Shown here: positions 1 to 8,307 of the stretch, piece after piece
How the letters are laid out: every line of letters begins with the position of its first letter
How positions within the stretch are numbered: position 1 is the first letter of the stretch
Notes under the pieces: model-generated
Database searches by the model: none
What the model was told of the DNA's origin: nothing
What the model saw: only the letters and a program-made list of their open reading frames with translations
Translations under genes and position numbers: made by a program
Source: a virus
Lineage: Duplodnaviria > Caudoviricetes
Reading direction: 5' to 3' (one strand)
Length of the DNA stretch: 35,261 nt
IMG/VR virus record: IMGVR_UViG_3300032257_000070
Coordinates: 1 to 35,261 of that record

Positions 1-1
1 A

Positions 2-379
2 ATGCCATGGCCTCCAAGCATTAACGGGTATAAAGGGGTATTTAACGGTAGAATTATATTAGCTAAAAAAGGCCGGGAATATAAAGAGCTTGTATCACTC
101 ACCGTTAAGCCAGAGAGAAAATTAACAGGTCGTGTGATTATGGAGGTTACATTACACCCTCCAACTAAGGCAAGAGTGGATATTGATAATAGAATGAAGG
201 CCTTGCTTGATGGGCTAACCCTGATTGGTGCGTATGAAGATGATAGTCAGATAGATAAGCTTATAATCAATAGGGGTATAGTAATAAAAGGCGGCAAGGT
301 TGAGATTGAAATGAAAGAGGTTGAAGGTTGTCAGTTTGATGAGGATCATTTAAACGCAATCAGGAGTGAAGGTCTATGA
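2..379 (+). CDS. rusA: RusA-family Holliday junction resolvase (N-terminus possibly clipped at the window edge)
   Basis: PWPPSIN start, 'RVDIDNRMKALLDGL' and 'YEDDSQID' match the RusA DxDN...K...D...DDxQ catalytic pattern. Confidence 0.9.
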   Translation: MPWPPSINGYKGVFNGRIILAKKGREYKELVSLTVKPERKLTGRVIMEVTLHPPTKARVDIDNRMKALLDGLTLIGAYEDDSQIDKLIINRGIVIKGGKVEIEMKEVEGCQFDEDHLNAIRSEGL

Positions 380-507
380 AAACCAAATACAAAAACTGGA
401 TTCTTGACGGGATGATATACACAGCATTTCTATTTATGGCGGTGGTGGTTGGTCATGCAGTGATTGGAATTTCGGTATTTTTCGCAAAAGTTATGTCATG
501 GCTCTAA
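376..507 (+). CDS. small membrane protein, 43 aa (not in ORF track)
   Basis: ATGA overlap with rusA stop; MKTKYKNWILDGMIYTAFLFMAVVVGHAVIGISVFFAKVMSWL is one long hydrophobic helix. Confidence 0.6.
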   Translation: MKTKYKNWILDGMIYTAFLFMAVVVGHAVIGISVFFAKVMSWL

Positions 508-547
508 AGGTGGACTATAATTTAAGGTGAACTTACTCCGACAAACC

Positions 548-572
548 AGGCCAGTCGAAAGGCTGGTCTTTT
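548..572 (+). terminator. GNRA-capped hairpin followed by short U tract
   Basis: AGGCCAGTC-GAAA-GGCTGGTCT-TTT in the intergenic gap. Confidence 0.55.
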
Positions 573-581
573 GGGGGCTGT

Positions 582-884
582 ATGTATAAAAGGCTTACAT
601 TACTATTTGTATTCTTTTTTACCACTGGATTTGGTAAGGTAGACATTGTACTACCTGAAAAAACCATAAAGGTTCATGTATTTCTATTTATGATGTGTGG
701 ACAAAAAGTAGCCTATATTATAAATCATCGAGGAAGATCAAAAGTCATATCAATCAATGGCATGAATCAATCTACTGCTAAAATGCTCAATAAATACAAA
801 GCAAAATACCCGATAAAGGGAACAATAAGGATTTTACCTGGCCATGAATTACCATGTAATGAAGAAAAGCAGGTTTATTTGTGA
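582..884 (+). CDS. hypothetical exported protein
   Basis: N-terminal MYKRLTLLFVFFFTTGFG resembles a signal peptide; GGGGG SD-like sequence upstream. Confidence 0.6.
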   Translation: MYKRLTLLFVFFFTTGFGKVDIVLPEKTIKVHVFLFMMCGQKVAYIINHRGRSKVISINGMNQSTAKMLNKYKAKYPIKGTIRILPGHELPCNEEKQVYL

Positions 885-1054
885 GCAATGTATACCAGCT
901 CGATGACTATCGACCGAAAGAAAAAGAGGTATCAGTCTTAGTGTGTGAATGCGGCTGTGCAACATGGATGGTGACAGATAACAGTTTGATTTTATGTATA
1001 AAATGTCGAGAAAGAGCGCCGGGACTAGAAACGGTGTATACTGACGACTACTAA
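881..1054 (+). CDS. small Cys-rich (zinc-ribbon-like) protein, 57 aa (not in ORF track)
   Basis: GTGA overlap with upstream stop; MSNVYQLDDYRPK...VCECGC...LCIKCRE. Confidence 0.65.
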   Translation: MSNVYQLDDYRPKEKEVSVLVCECGCATWMVTDNSLILCIKCRERAPGLETVYTDDY

Positions 1055-1068
1055 ACAAGGGTAATATT

Positions 1069-1455
1069 ATGACAGCAAAGAAAAAAACCGTAAAGAAAAA
1101 AGCAGCGGGCGCAAGTGTAAAGCCTGCAACTAAGGCACCAGCTCCAACAGTGGCAGCGGCTAAGTTTGGCCCTATTCATGATGATGAGGCACGGGCCAAA
1201 TTAAAGCAAACCCAAAAAAATGAAATGGATGAGTTATCTGAGTATGTTGGCGAGAGAATTGCGGTGCTGCCTAACACGCACATAACCACTTTCGAGGCTC
1301 AAATCCACTGCCCATCATGTAAGACCGTACTTGCCCAGACATTCCAACGCGGAAACAAGAAATTCTACATCTGCAATAACCAGCGATGCGCCAAGTTCGA
1401 GGCAAAGTACAAAATGCCTGAGATTGAGCTTGAAATGATTCCGAAGGATGACTGA
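1069..1455 (+). CDS. hypothetical protein, basic N-terminal tail plus C-terminal zinc ribbon
   Basis: K/A-rich N-terminus; CPSC...CNNQRC. Confidence 0.7.
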   Translation: MTAKKKTVKKKAAGASVKPATKAPAPTVAAAKFGPIHDDEARAKLKQTQKNEMDELSEYVGERIAVLPNTHITTFEAQIHCPSCKTVLAQTFQRGNKKFYICNNQRCAKFEAKYKMPEIELEMIPKDD

Positions 1456-1691
1456 TGGAGAAATTAACTCGCGCTAGGTTAGATGATTTTAGTAATTGCG
1501 GCAAACGTCCGTCTAATGGAGAAGAACCCCCTGGCGATCTTGGCAAGAGATTGGCCAAGGAATCATTTGATAGGTTAATGGAAAGACGCGCTGCTGAATT
1601 TAAATCTGAATTAATGACAAGAGTATTCAAGAGATACCTTGATTACGGTAAGCCCTCACGAATCCCAAGAGAGCTGCATAATGGAAAATGA
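1455..1691 (+). CDS. hypothetical protein
   Basis: TGATG coupling to upstream gene; N-terminus similar to that of the next ORF. Confidence 0.65.
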   Translation: MEKLTRARLDDFSNCGKRPSNGEEPPGDLGKRLAKESFDRLMERRAAEFKSELMTRVFKRYLDYGKPSRIPRELHNGK

Positions 1692-1959
1692 AACTAAATT
1701 TAAAACAACACGCGCAAGAATGGATGATTTCACTCAATGCGGCAGTAAACTATCTGATTTAGAGGGCGAGAATGTTAACATAGTTGCTGATGGGGATAAT
1801 ATAATGGCAGAAATCGCAATTAACATTAAATGTCCTGCTTGCGGCGAAGTGTTAACAAAAACTAGCGATAGATTAGTGTGTTTTGCGCCTCACTGTAGAG
1901 GTAGGGTGGAAGCCTATGAAATTCCAACTATTGAACTTACGCCTGTAAGGTGGAGATAG
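1681..1959 (+). CDS. hypothetical zinc-ribbon protein
   Basis: start moved to ATG 1681; CPAC...CFAPHC; similar to parts of both upstream ORFs. Confidence 0.65.
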   Translation: MENETKFKTTRARMDDFTQCGSKLSDLEGENVNIVADGDNIMAEIAINIKCPACGEVLTKTSDRLVCFAPHCRGRVEAYEIPTIELTPVRWR

Positions 1960-2159
1960 TGGACAATAAAGACCTAGACAAAGTAATAGTTGGTGCTGAT
2001 TTAGCTAAAGAGAAAGACGTGACAGTTATAGCTATCATGCACGATGGTGTATTTTATGAAGTACCTAAAGGAATGACTCCAGACGATTACAGGGAATTTC
2101 TGGAAAGCACGGACGAATCAACTACTACATATAGACTGGTTAAGGTTGGTGAAGAATGA
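1959..2159 (+). CDS. hypothetical protein
   Basis: GTG overlapping upstream TAG, with GGAG SD just upstream; MDNKDLDKVIVG... Confidence 0.6.
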   Translation: MDNKDLDKVIVGADLAKEKDVTVIAIMHDGVFYEVPKGMTPDDYREFLESTDESTTTYRLVKVGEE

Positions 2160-2311
2160 ATGACAAAGACTTAGATAAGGTAATAGTTGATTTGCAGGCG
2201 AGGGTTAAAGAGCTTGAGGCCGAAATTGAGAAACAACATAAATTTAATGATATGGCTATACAACACATGGAGCATTCAACCAATTGCATTGAGGCATTAA
2301 ATGGCAGCTAA
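2156..2311 (+). CDS. small coiled-coil protein, 51 aa (not in ORF track)
   Basis: ATGA overlap; MNDKDLDKVIVDLQARVKELEAEIEKQ... Confidence 0.6.
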   Translation: MNDKDLDKVIVDLQARVKELEAEIEKQHKFNDMAIQHMEHSTNCIEALNGS

Positions 2312-2729
2312 AAAGAAAGCCAGTAAGAGAAAGACTAAAAAAGCAGTAAGGAAAATTGCGCCCAAGAAAAAGCGATTTGCACAAGAATACCCCATTGATT
2401 GTAACGCTACACAGGCAGCTATCAGAGCTGGATACAGTGAAAAGACAGCGTATAGTATGGGGCATCAGCTACTCAAAGACCCACAAGTCATGCAAGTCAT
2501 TGAAAAGACAATGGAAAAAGCCTCAGAAGGAGCTTTATTGTCAGTAAAAACAGTATTGAAGAACATTGAGGACGTTAGATCAAGGGCTAAAGAAGATAAT
2601 GAAAAGCAATTTGAACTCAAGGCGTTAGATATGCAGGCAAGACATGTATCTCTGTACAATGACAAGATCGACCTGAACGAAAACAAGACAGTGACACTAA
2701 TTATTGGAGGGCTTGAGGATGACGAATGA
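2301..2729 (+). CDS. terS: terminase small subunit
   Basis: 'RFAQEYPIDCNATQAAIRAGYSEKTAYSMGHQLL' is the Terminase_2 HTH signature. Confidence 0.92.
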   Translation: MAAKKKASKRKTKKAVRKIAPKKKRFAQEYPIDCNATQAAIRAGYSEKTAYSMGHQLLKDPQVMQVIEKTMEKASEGALLSVKTVLKNIEDVRSRAKEDNEKQFELKALDMQARHVSLYNDKIDLNENKTVTLIIGGLEDDE

Positions 2730-3006
2730 CCCATGGCAACACAGATCGGAAAATATGCAATGTGCAAGTTGTATGTGGTTTGTGGGCAAAGGAACAGGTA
2801 ATCATAAGATCGGTAGATGTAGGAGACATGCACCAACAATGAATGGGTATCCTGTAGTTTTTCGCGATGATTGGTGTGGAGACCATAAGTTGGATGAAAT
2901 GAGCCGATCATTACCAGAGCCTAATAGTGTAACTGTTGCCCCAAGAGTTGAACAGTATAAAGAGAATATTCAAGAGCTTAGAGGTAAGCATTACAATGCG
3001 CCATAA
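2719..3006 (+). CDS. hypothetical Cys-rich protein
   Basis: CASC..GRCRRHAP..YPVV..DWCGDH pattern common in phage ORFs; ATG 2719 follows GGAGG. Confidence 0.7.
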   Translation: MTNDPWQHRSENMQCASCMWFVGKGTGNHKIGRCRRHAPTMNGYPVVFRDDWCGDHKLDEMSRSLPEPNSVTVAPRVEQYKENIQELRGKHYNAP

Positions 3007-3015
3007 GGAGTTAAC

Positions 3016-3207
3016 ATGAGCAACAAACGTAATATAAACGAAAGTTACAAACAATACCGGGCAAGATTGAAGAAACAGAAAGAAGAATTAAAAGAAAAGC
3101 TCAAGGGTACGATGATTTGGCAATCAACCTTTCAAGGTTATGCTGGAATGACATTCAAATACAAAGAACAGGGAATATACCACCCTAAACGTAACCCAGG
3201 AGTATGA
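3016..3207 (+). CDS. small basic hypothetical protein
   Basis: AAGGAG SD upstream; fills the operon gap. Confidence 0.65.
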   Translation: MSNKRNINESYKQYRARLKKQKEELKEKLKGTMIWQSTFQGYAGMTFKYKEQGIYHPKRNPGV

Positions 3208-3208
3208 A

Positions 3209-3619
3209 ATGATTAAGCACGAAGCAGTATCAGCAACCGCAGGAAATGCAAATGCTGACATCACAGCGCCAGATGACATAATGTATAAGGTCTTATATGG
3301 CCAGATAGTTCTAGTAACAGACGCAACAGTTGCAAACAGGCGCGTATTGATCCAAGTTATTGATGCCTCAAGCAATGTGATCTTTGATGTTCACGCTGGA
3401 GCGGTGCAAGCGGCAAGTCTGACCTATCACTATGAGGCAATGCAGGGCGTTTACCGTGAAACCTCAGTAGCAGGACTTGCTTTACAATTCCCAATGCCAA
3501 AGGATTTTATTATCCCAGAAGGTTATTCACTTAGAATAGATGTTGAAAATGGCGTAGCGGGTGACAGTTATACAGGCGACTTCATTATTGATGAGGTCAG
3601 CAAAGCTTACCATACGTGA
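3209..3619 (+). CDS. hypothetical beta-rich protein, possibly virion-associated
   Basis: AGGAG SD; alternating hydrophobic pattern; GTGA overlap with terL. Confidence 0.65.
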   Translation: MIKHEAVSATAGNANADITAPDDIMYKVLYGQIVLVTDATVANRRVLIQVIDASSNVIFDVHAGAVQAASLTYHYEAMQGVYRETSVAGLALQFPMPKDFIIPEGYSLRIDVENGVAGDSYTGDFIIDEVSKAYHT

Positions 3620-6000
3620 AAATAGAATATACCTACAAACACGCTCCAACAATCAAGGCATTTGCCAAGTCTGATGCATATATTAGGGGATTGATGGGGC
3701 CTTTTGGTCCCATTTCAGGCGATTCAGACTTCCTTACGCCTCAAGGATGGAAGCGAATGGACCAGTACCAAGAGGGTGATTTGGTTGGCCAATGGGAAGA
3801 AAGTGGAGTATTAACCTTTGTAAAGCCGCAAGCATATATTGACAATCCATGTGACGAGATGTGGCATTTTAGCAATAAATACTCAATGTCTATGATGCTA
3901 TCAGATGAGCATCGAATGGCGTTGTATGATTACAATGGTAAGTTTAAGGTAAAGCTAGCCCATGAAGTAGCAGTAAAGCCATGCAAGTATCAGATACCCA
4001 ATACTTTTATCCCTCAATACACAGACTATCCATTATCAGATGACGAAATAAGACTAAGGGCAGCTATTAACGCTGACGGTCACATGGTCGGTATGAAATG
4101 TGATATAACGGTTAGAAAGCAGCGCAAGAAGGATAGACTAGAGAAACTACTGGAAAGTTGTGGAATTGAGTATGTTAAGAAAACATACAGCAGTAGACCA
4201 ACCGAGACTCACTATAAATTCTACAGATCAGATTACGGTAAGGAGTATTCAGGTTTCTGGTGGACCTTATCGCAAAGACAGCTTGAGATTGTAGTTGATG
4301 AAATATCTCATTGGGATGGATTGCATGATGGTCCTGAAACTATATTCTTCACGACTAGCAAGCCATGTGCTGATTTTATCCAATATGCTGCGCACGCTAC
4401 AGGTCGACGGGCATCAATCAATATCGTTGATCACGATAATCCTAAATGGGCTACAGGATACAGAGTCAATATAGCCACTGGCGCTAAGGCGTCAATATGG
4501 GTCAGGAAAGACAGTATAACGATTAAGCGAGTCAAACAGGCAAGAAAGTATTGCTTTACCCTTGATTCAGGCTTCTTTGTTGCCAGGCATAACAACAGAG
4601 TATTTGTTACTGGTAACTCTGGCAAATCAACAGCTTGCGTAGTTGAAATGATAAGACGTACGCAGGAACAGCACGAACAGCAAGACGGATTGAAACACGC
4701 ACGGTTCGCAGTAGTGCGGAATACTTACCAGCAATTACGAGATACGACGATCAAGACCGTTCTCGACTGGCTACCTGAGCAGCATTTCGGCAGGTACAAC
4801 AAATCAGAGCATACTTACACAGTCACAAAGATACCAGGGTTACATCTTGAGATATTATTCAGGGCGCTAGATAGACCCGATCAGGTATCGAATCTGCTTT
4901 CATTAGAGCTAACCGGGGCATGGATCAACGAAGCTCGGGAAATACCGTGGGAGATCGTTAAGCCATTAATGGGTCGTGTATCTCGATATCCAGCAAGGAA
5001 AGACGGTGGTTGCACATGGTTCGGCCTGTTCTTTGACACTAACCCGCCTGACAATGATTCATGGTGGTTTAAGCTATTCGAGACTAATCTATTCAGTGAT
5101 CTAGCTAAGCCTGTAGAGGAAAAGCTAGGTAGAACGTTTGAACAGGTATTCAAGCAACCTTCTGGATTGTCAGACAAAGCAGAGAATCTGCCCTTCCTGG
5201 AGCCGTCATACTACGATCTATTAGCCGCTGACCCTGATCAAGATTGGGTTCTGGTGCATGTACACGGCGAGTACGGCTTCTTAAAGTCTGGACAGCCTGT
5301 CTATCCCACATACAGGGACAATCTGCACTGTAAGCCTGTATTGCCTGTTAAGGGTATTCCTATCTGGCGTGGCTGGGATTATGGCCTGACACCTGCTTGT
5401 GTGTTTATACAGATATTGCCTAATGGTCAGGTAAGGGTAATTGATGAGCTATGCGCGACCAGAGCCGGTATTGATATGTTTACCGATGAGGTTAAAACAT
5501 ACTGTGTTGAGAAGTACAGGGGCTATATATTCAAAGACATAGGCGATCCGGCAGGAATGCAGGGATCACAGCAGATACTGACAACATGCTTCCAGATACA
5601 GCACGGCAAGGGCGTTGATGTCGAGGCAGGTATACAAGACCTTGAACTTCGCCTATCATCTGTTAGATATGGTCTAAATACCTTGATCGACGGCGAACCT
5701 GCATTAATTATCGGTTCAAACTGCGAATTGTTGCGCAAAGGCTTTCAAGGGGGCTATAATTACAAAAGGAAGGCGATATCGGGTGAAGCTCGATTTCATG
5801 TCGAACCGGACAAAAACAAATTTTCTCACCCGCATGATGGACTACAATATTTATGCGCGGAGATATTTGGGGAGCTAGTCAAGGGTGAAAAGGTTGAGCC
5901 AGGGTTTCTACATCAGTCGCAAGCTGTTGATAGTTATAGCCCTTTGGATGATGATATCTCCTACAGCTCATACGCAACAGAGGACTACGAACCATTTTGA
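3616..6000 (+). CDS. terL: terminase large subunit containing an intein (794 aa precursor, 491 aa if spliced)
   Basis: Walker A GPFG|SGKST split by an insert; 'VVRNTYQQL', 'GAWINEARE' (Walker B), 'DTNPP', nuclease 'GWDYGLTP' and 'SHPHDGLQY'. Confidence 0.95.
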   Translation: MKIEYTYKHAPTIKAFAKSDAYIRGLMGPFGPISGDSDFLTPQGWKRMDQYQEGDLVGQWEESGVLTFVKPQAYIDNPCDEMWHFSNKYSMSMMLSDEHRMALYDYNGKFKVKLAHEVAVKPCKYQIPNTFIPQYTDYPLSDDEIRLRAAINADGHMVGMKCDITVRKQRKKDRLEKLLESCGIEYVKKTYSSRPTETHYKFYRSDYGKEYSGFWWTLSQRQLEIVVDEISHWDGLHDGPETIFFTTSKPCADFIQYAAHATGRRASINIVDHDNPKWATGYRVNIATGAKASIWVRKDSITIKRVKQARKYCFTLDSGFFVARHNNRVFVTGNSGKSTACVVEMIRRTQEQHEQQDGLKHARFAVVRNTYQQLRDTTIKTVLDWLPEQHFGRYNKSEHTYTVTKIPGLHLEILFRALDRPDQVSNLLSLELTGAWINEAREIPWEIVKPLMGRVSRYPARKDGGCTWFGLFFDTNPPDNDSWWFKLFETNLFSDLAKPVEEKLGRTFEQVFKQPSGLSDKAENLPFLEPSYYDLLAADPDQDWVLVHVHGEYGFLKSGQPVYPTYRDNLHCKPVLPVKGIPIWRGWDYGLTPACVFIQILPNGQVRVIDELCATRAGIDMFTDEVKTYCVEKYRGYIFKDIGDPAGMQGSQQILTTCFQIQHGKGVDVEAGIQDLELRLSSVRYGLNTLIDGEPALIIGSNCELLRKGFQGGYNYKRKAISGEARFHVEPDKNKFSHPHDGLQYLCAEIFGELVKGEKVEPGFLHQSQAVDSYSPLDDDISYSSYATEDYEPF
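3709..4617 (+). mobile_element. intein with LAGLIDADG homing endonuclease domain (303 aa), atypical Pro1
   Basis: block A PISGDSDFLTPQGW; block B LSDEHRM; block C LRAAINADG; block E ISHWDG; block F KYCFTLDSGFFVA; block G VFVTGN|S; removal restores GPFGSGKST. Confidence 0.93.
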
Positions 6001-6010
6001 GGATAATAGT

Positions 6011-6379
6011 ATGGCATTTTTAGCACCAGCAGCACTAGGGGGCTTTGGAGCAGCAGCAGGGGCCGGGATAGCATCAGGTGCAGCGGCAGGCCTTGCAGCA
6101 TCAGGCATAGGCGCGGGAATTGTAGCTGGAGCCGCTAAAGGCTTATCAGCAGGCAAGAAGAAAGCCTTGATTACAGCAGGCACGACCTCGCTCACATCAA
6201 AGCTATTCAGTCCAAAGATTCCACAACCATCAGAGGCGAGAGTATCAGCAGACGCTGAGGCAAAGAAGCGACTGGCAGCAATTACAAAAGGTCAGGGTTT
6301 TGGCTCAACATTGCTAACAGGTGGCGCTGGAGTTAAGCAAGGCGCTCAGGTAGCAGTCAAGAAGTTGCTGGGAGAATAA
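6011..6379 (+). CDS. Ala/Gly-rich small virion protein between terL and portal
   Basis: GAGGA SD before ATG 6011; C-terminal 'STLLTGGAG...KKLLGE' typical of this gene position in BPP-1-like podophages. Confidence 0.7.
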   Translation: MAFLAPAALGGFGAAAGAGIASGAAAGLAASGIGAGIVAGAAKGLSAGKKKALITAGTTSLTSKLFSPKIPQPSEARVSADAEAKKRLAAITKGQGFGSTLLTGGAGVKQGAQVAVKKLLGE

Positions 6380-6380
6380 C

Positions 6381-8027
6381 ATGCAGGCTGCTGACTTCGT
6401 TAAAATGTATGACGGCCTTGAGGCCACAAAGGGGAACTTGAATATTCAGTTTGAAGATATTCAGAAATTCGTAACCCCCAATGATCCTACGGTAATAGGA
6501 CGCAATAATACACCAGGTCAACGTCATCATGTAGGCCGGTATGATTCCACAGCTATCAAAGACGCCGATCTATTGGCAGCTACCTTGCACGGAACAATGA
6601 CCCCATCGACTACCGCATGGATTGAATTCCGTACAAAGGACGAGGAATTAAACGAGCTGGACGATGTAAAAGAATGGCTGGACGATGCAGCAAGTAAAAC
6701 CCTTAAGGCCTTAAACGCTTCCAACTTCAAGACCCAGATATACCGGTGCTATCGAAATCTGGTCGGATATGCCACCACATCATTACTCACAACAGAGAAA
6801 TTCGACGAGAACGGCGACCATGACGGCGTATCGTTCTCATCATTTGCAATCAGAGAGTATAACTTCACAGTAGATGCCGAGGGTAATCTCAAGTCTTTTT
6901 ACCGTAAGTTTAAGTTAACAGCTTCCCAGGCACGGGATAAATTCTCAGGAATGGCAGGCTTTAAGAGTCTGGGAACTAAGATACAAGACGCATTGGAGAG
7001 TAAAAAGCCAGAAGATCAGAACAAGAAGTTTGGCATATTGCACATAATCTATCCACGTGAACATTTTGGCGAGGGTAAATCCAATCTGGTTAATAAGCCC
7101 GTAGTCTCTCGATATGTGGCTTGTGATGATAAGCATGATATTAGTGTGGGTGGATTCGATGAAATGCCTGTGACCGTTGCACGATGGGACGTTGCAGAGG
7201 ATGACATGGGATGGGGTCGTGGCCCTGGATGGGTTGCATTACCAGAGATTAAGACACTCAATAGAAACAAAGAACTAGCCCTGAAAGGATTTGCAAAGGA
7301 CGTATCACCACCATTAATTGTGCCTCATAAGGGTGTAATTGGTGGGGTTAAGACTGGCCCTAACGCAACAACATTCTATAATGCGGCTAAGACTCACGGC
7401 CAAAAGCCTGAATATTTACATTCAGGTACTCGATGGGACGTGAACGAGAACCGGGAAGCTAATCTCATTCGACAGATTGATGAGATATTCTTAGTCGACA
7501 AGCTCCAGTTACCACAAGATCAGGACATGACAGCCACTGAGGTTACTGTCAGATTCGATTTACTACAGAGACTATTAGGGCCGACATTCTTTAGAATCAC
7601 CAAAGAGCTGCTTGATAATCCGGTTACACGAACGTTCAACATGCTGTTACGGGCTGGGAAGCTTAAAGACCTTCCAAAGTCATTGGAAGGATTGGCAGAG
7701 CTTGAGATTGTCTATATTGGCCCACTAGCTAAAGCTCAGAAGCAAGATGAGGTTAATTCAGTGCGTACCATCATTCAGGAAGCTGGAGCAATGGCGCAAG
7801 TTACTCAAGACCCGTCTATACTTGATAAGATAGATTTCGATCAAGCCATTGATTTATTGGCAGATCAGGGCGGTGTTCCTGCTAAGGTAATGCGCGATCT
7901 TGATGACGTTGAGGCTATGCGGGAGAACAGAAACGCACAGATTCAGGAGCAGCAACAGATTGACCAGTTACAGCAGGCCGGGCAGATAGAGGCTACAGCA
8001 GCACAGGCAGAGAATGAAGCAGCTTAG
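6381..8027 (+). CDS. portal protein (head-tail connector, T7-like podovirus type)
   Basis: 548 aa; 'YDSTA', 'GWGRGPGWVALPEIKTLN', 'MTATEV', 'YIGPLAKAQK' motifs; gene position. Confidence 0.92.
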   Translation: MQAADFVKMYDGLEATKGNLNIQFEDIQKFVTPNDPTVIGRNNTPGQRHHVGRYDSTAIKDADLLAATLHGTMTPSTTAWIEFRTKDEELNELDDVKEWLDDAASKTLKALNASNFKTQIYRCYRNLVGYATTSLLTTEKFDENGDHDGVSFSSFAIREYNFTVDAEGNLKSFYRKFKLTASQARDKFSGMAGFKSLGTKIQDALESKKPEDQNKKFGILHIIYPREHFGEGKSNLVNKPVVSRYVACDDKHDISVGGFDEMPVTVARWDVAEDDMGWGRGPGWVALPEIKTLNRNKELALKGFAKDVSPPLIVPHKGVIGGVKTGPNATTFYNAAKTHGQKPEYLHSGTRWDVNENREANLIRQIDEIFLVDKLQLPQDQDMTATEVTVRFDLLQRLLGPTFFRITKELLDNPVTRTFNMLLRAGKLKDLPKSLEGLAELEIVYIGPLAKAQKQDEVNSVRTIIQEAGAMAQVTQDPSILDKIDFDQAIDLLADQGGVPAKVMRDLDDVEAMRENRNAQIQEQQQIDQLQQAGQIEATAAQAENEAA

Positions 8028-8307
8028 TCAAGAGGACTTATATCATGCTTATGCTGATTTTGTATTCAGTCCGTCAGGGCAAATTGTATTAGATGATTTA
8101 GTTGATACGTTTCTGGATGGAAATCATACAGATACTTTAACTGAAAGATTAAGGGAAATACCGCATCCATACAGAGCCTATGTAGAAATGGGTTTCAAAA
8201 TGTTAATGGATGGAATCAAAGCAGCCGCATTGAACGGCGAATACTTAAGGGGAAAAATGAATGAGCGACCAAGCGACAGACCAGAGCCAGACGGATTCAC
8301 AGATTAG
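8014..8307 (+). CDS. Bbp19-like small protein
   Basis: 'FSPSGQIVLDDL...AYVEMG' pattern; position between portal and scaffold. Confidence 0.65.
   Translation: MKQLSQEDLYHAYADFVFSPSGQIVLDDLVDTFLDGNHTDTLTERLREIPHPYRAYVEMGFKMLMDGIKAAALNGEYLRGKMNERPSDRPEPDGFTD

Noticed and set aside
493-521. Late sigma70 promoter at TATAAT (516-521)
   Set aside because: The -10 is perfect but the -35 match is weak (ATGTCA) and there is no extended -10; possible but not supportable from sequence alone.
5885-6010. Extended N-terminus of the gene before portal
   Set aside because: It overlaps the terL 3' end; a GAGGA SD supports ATG 6011 instead.
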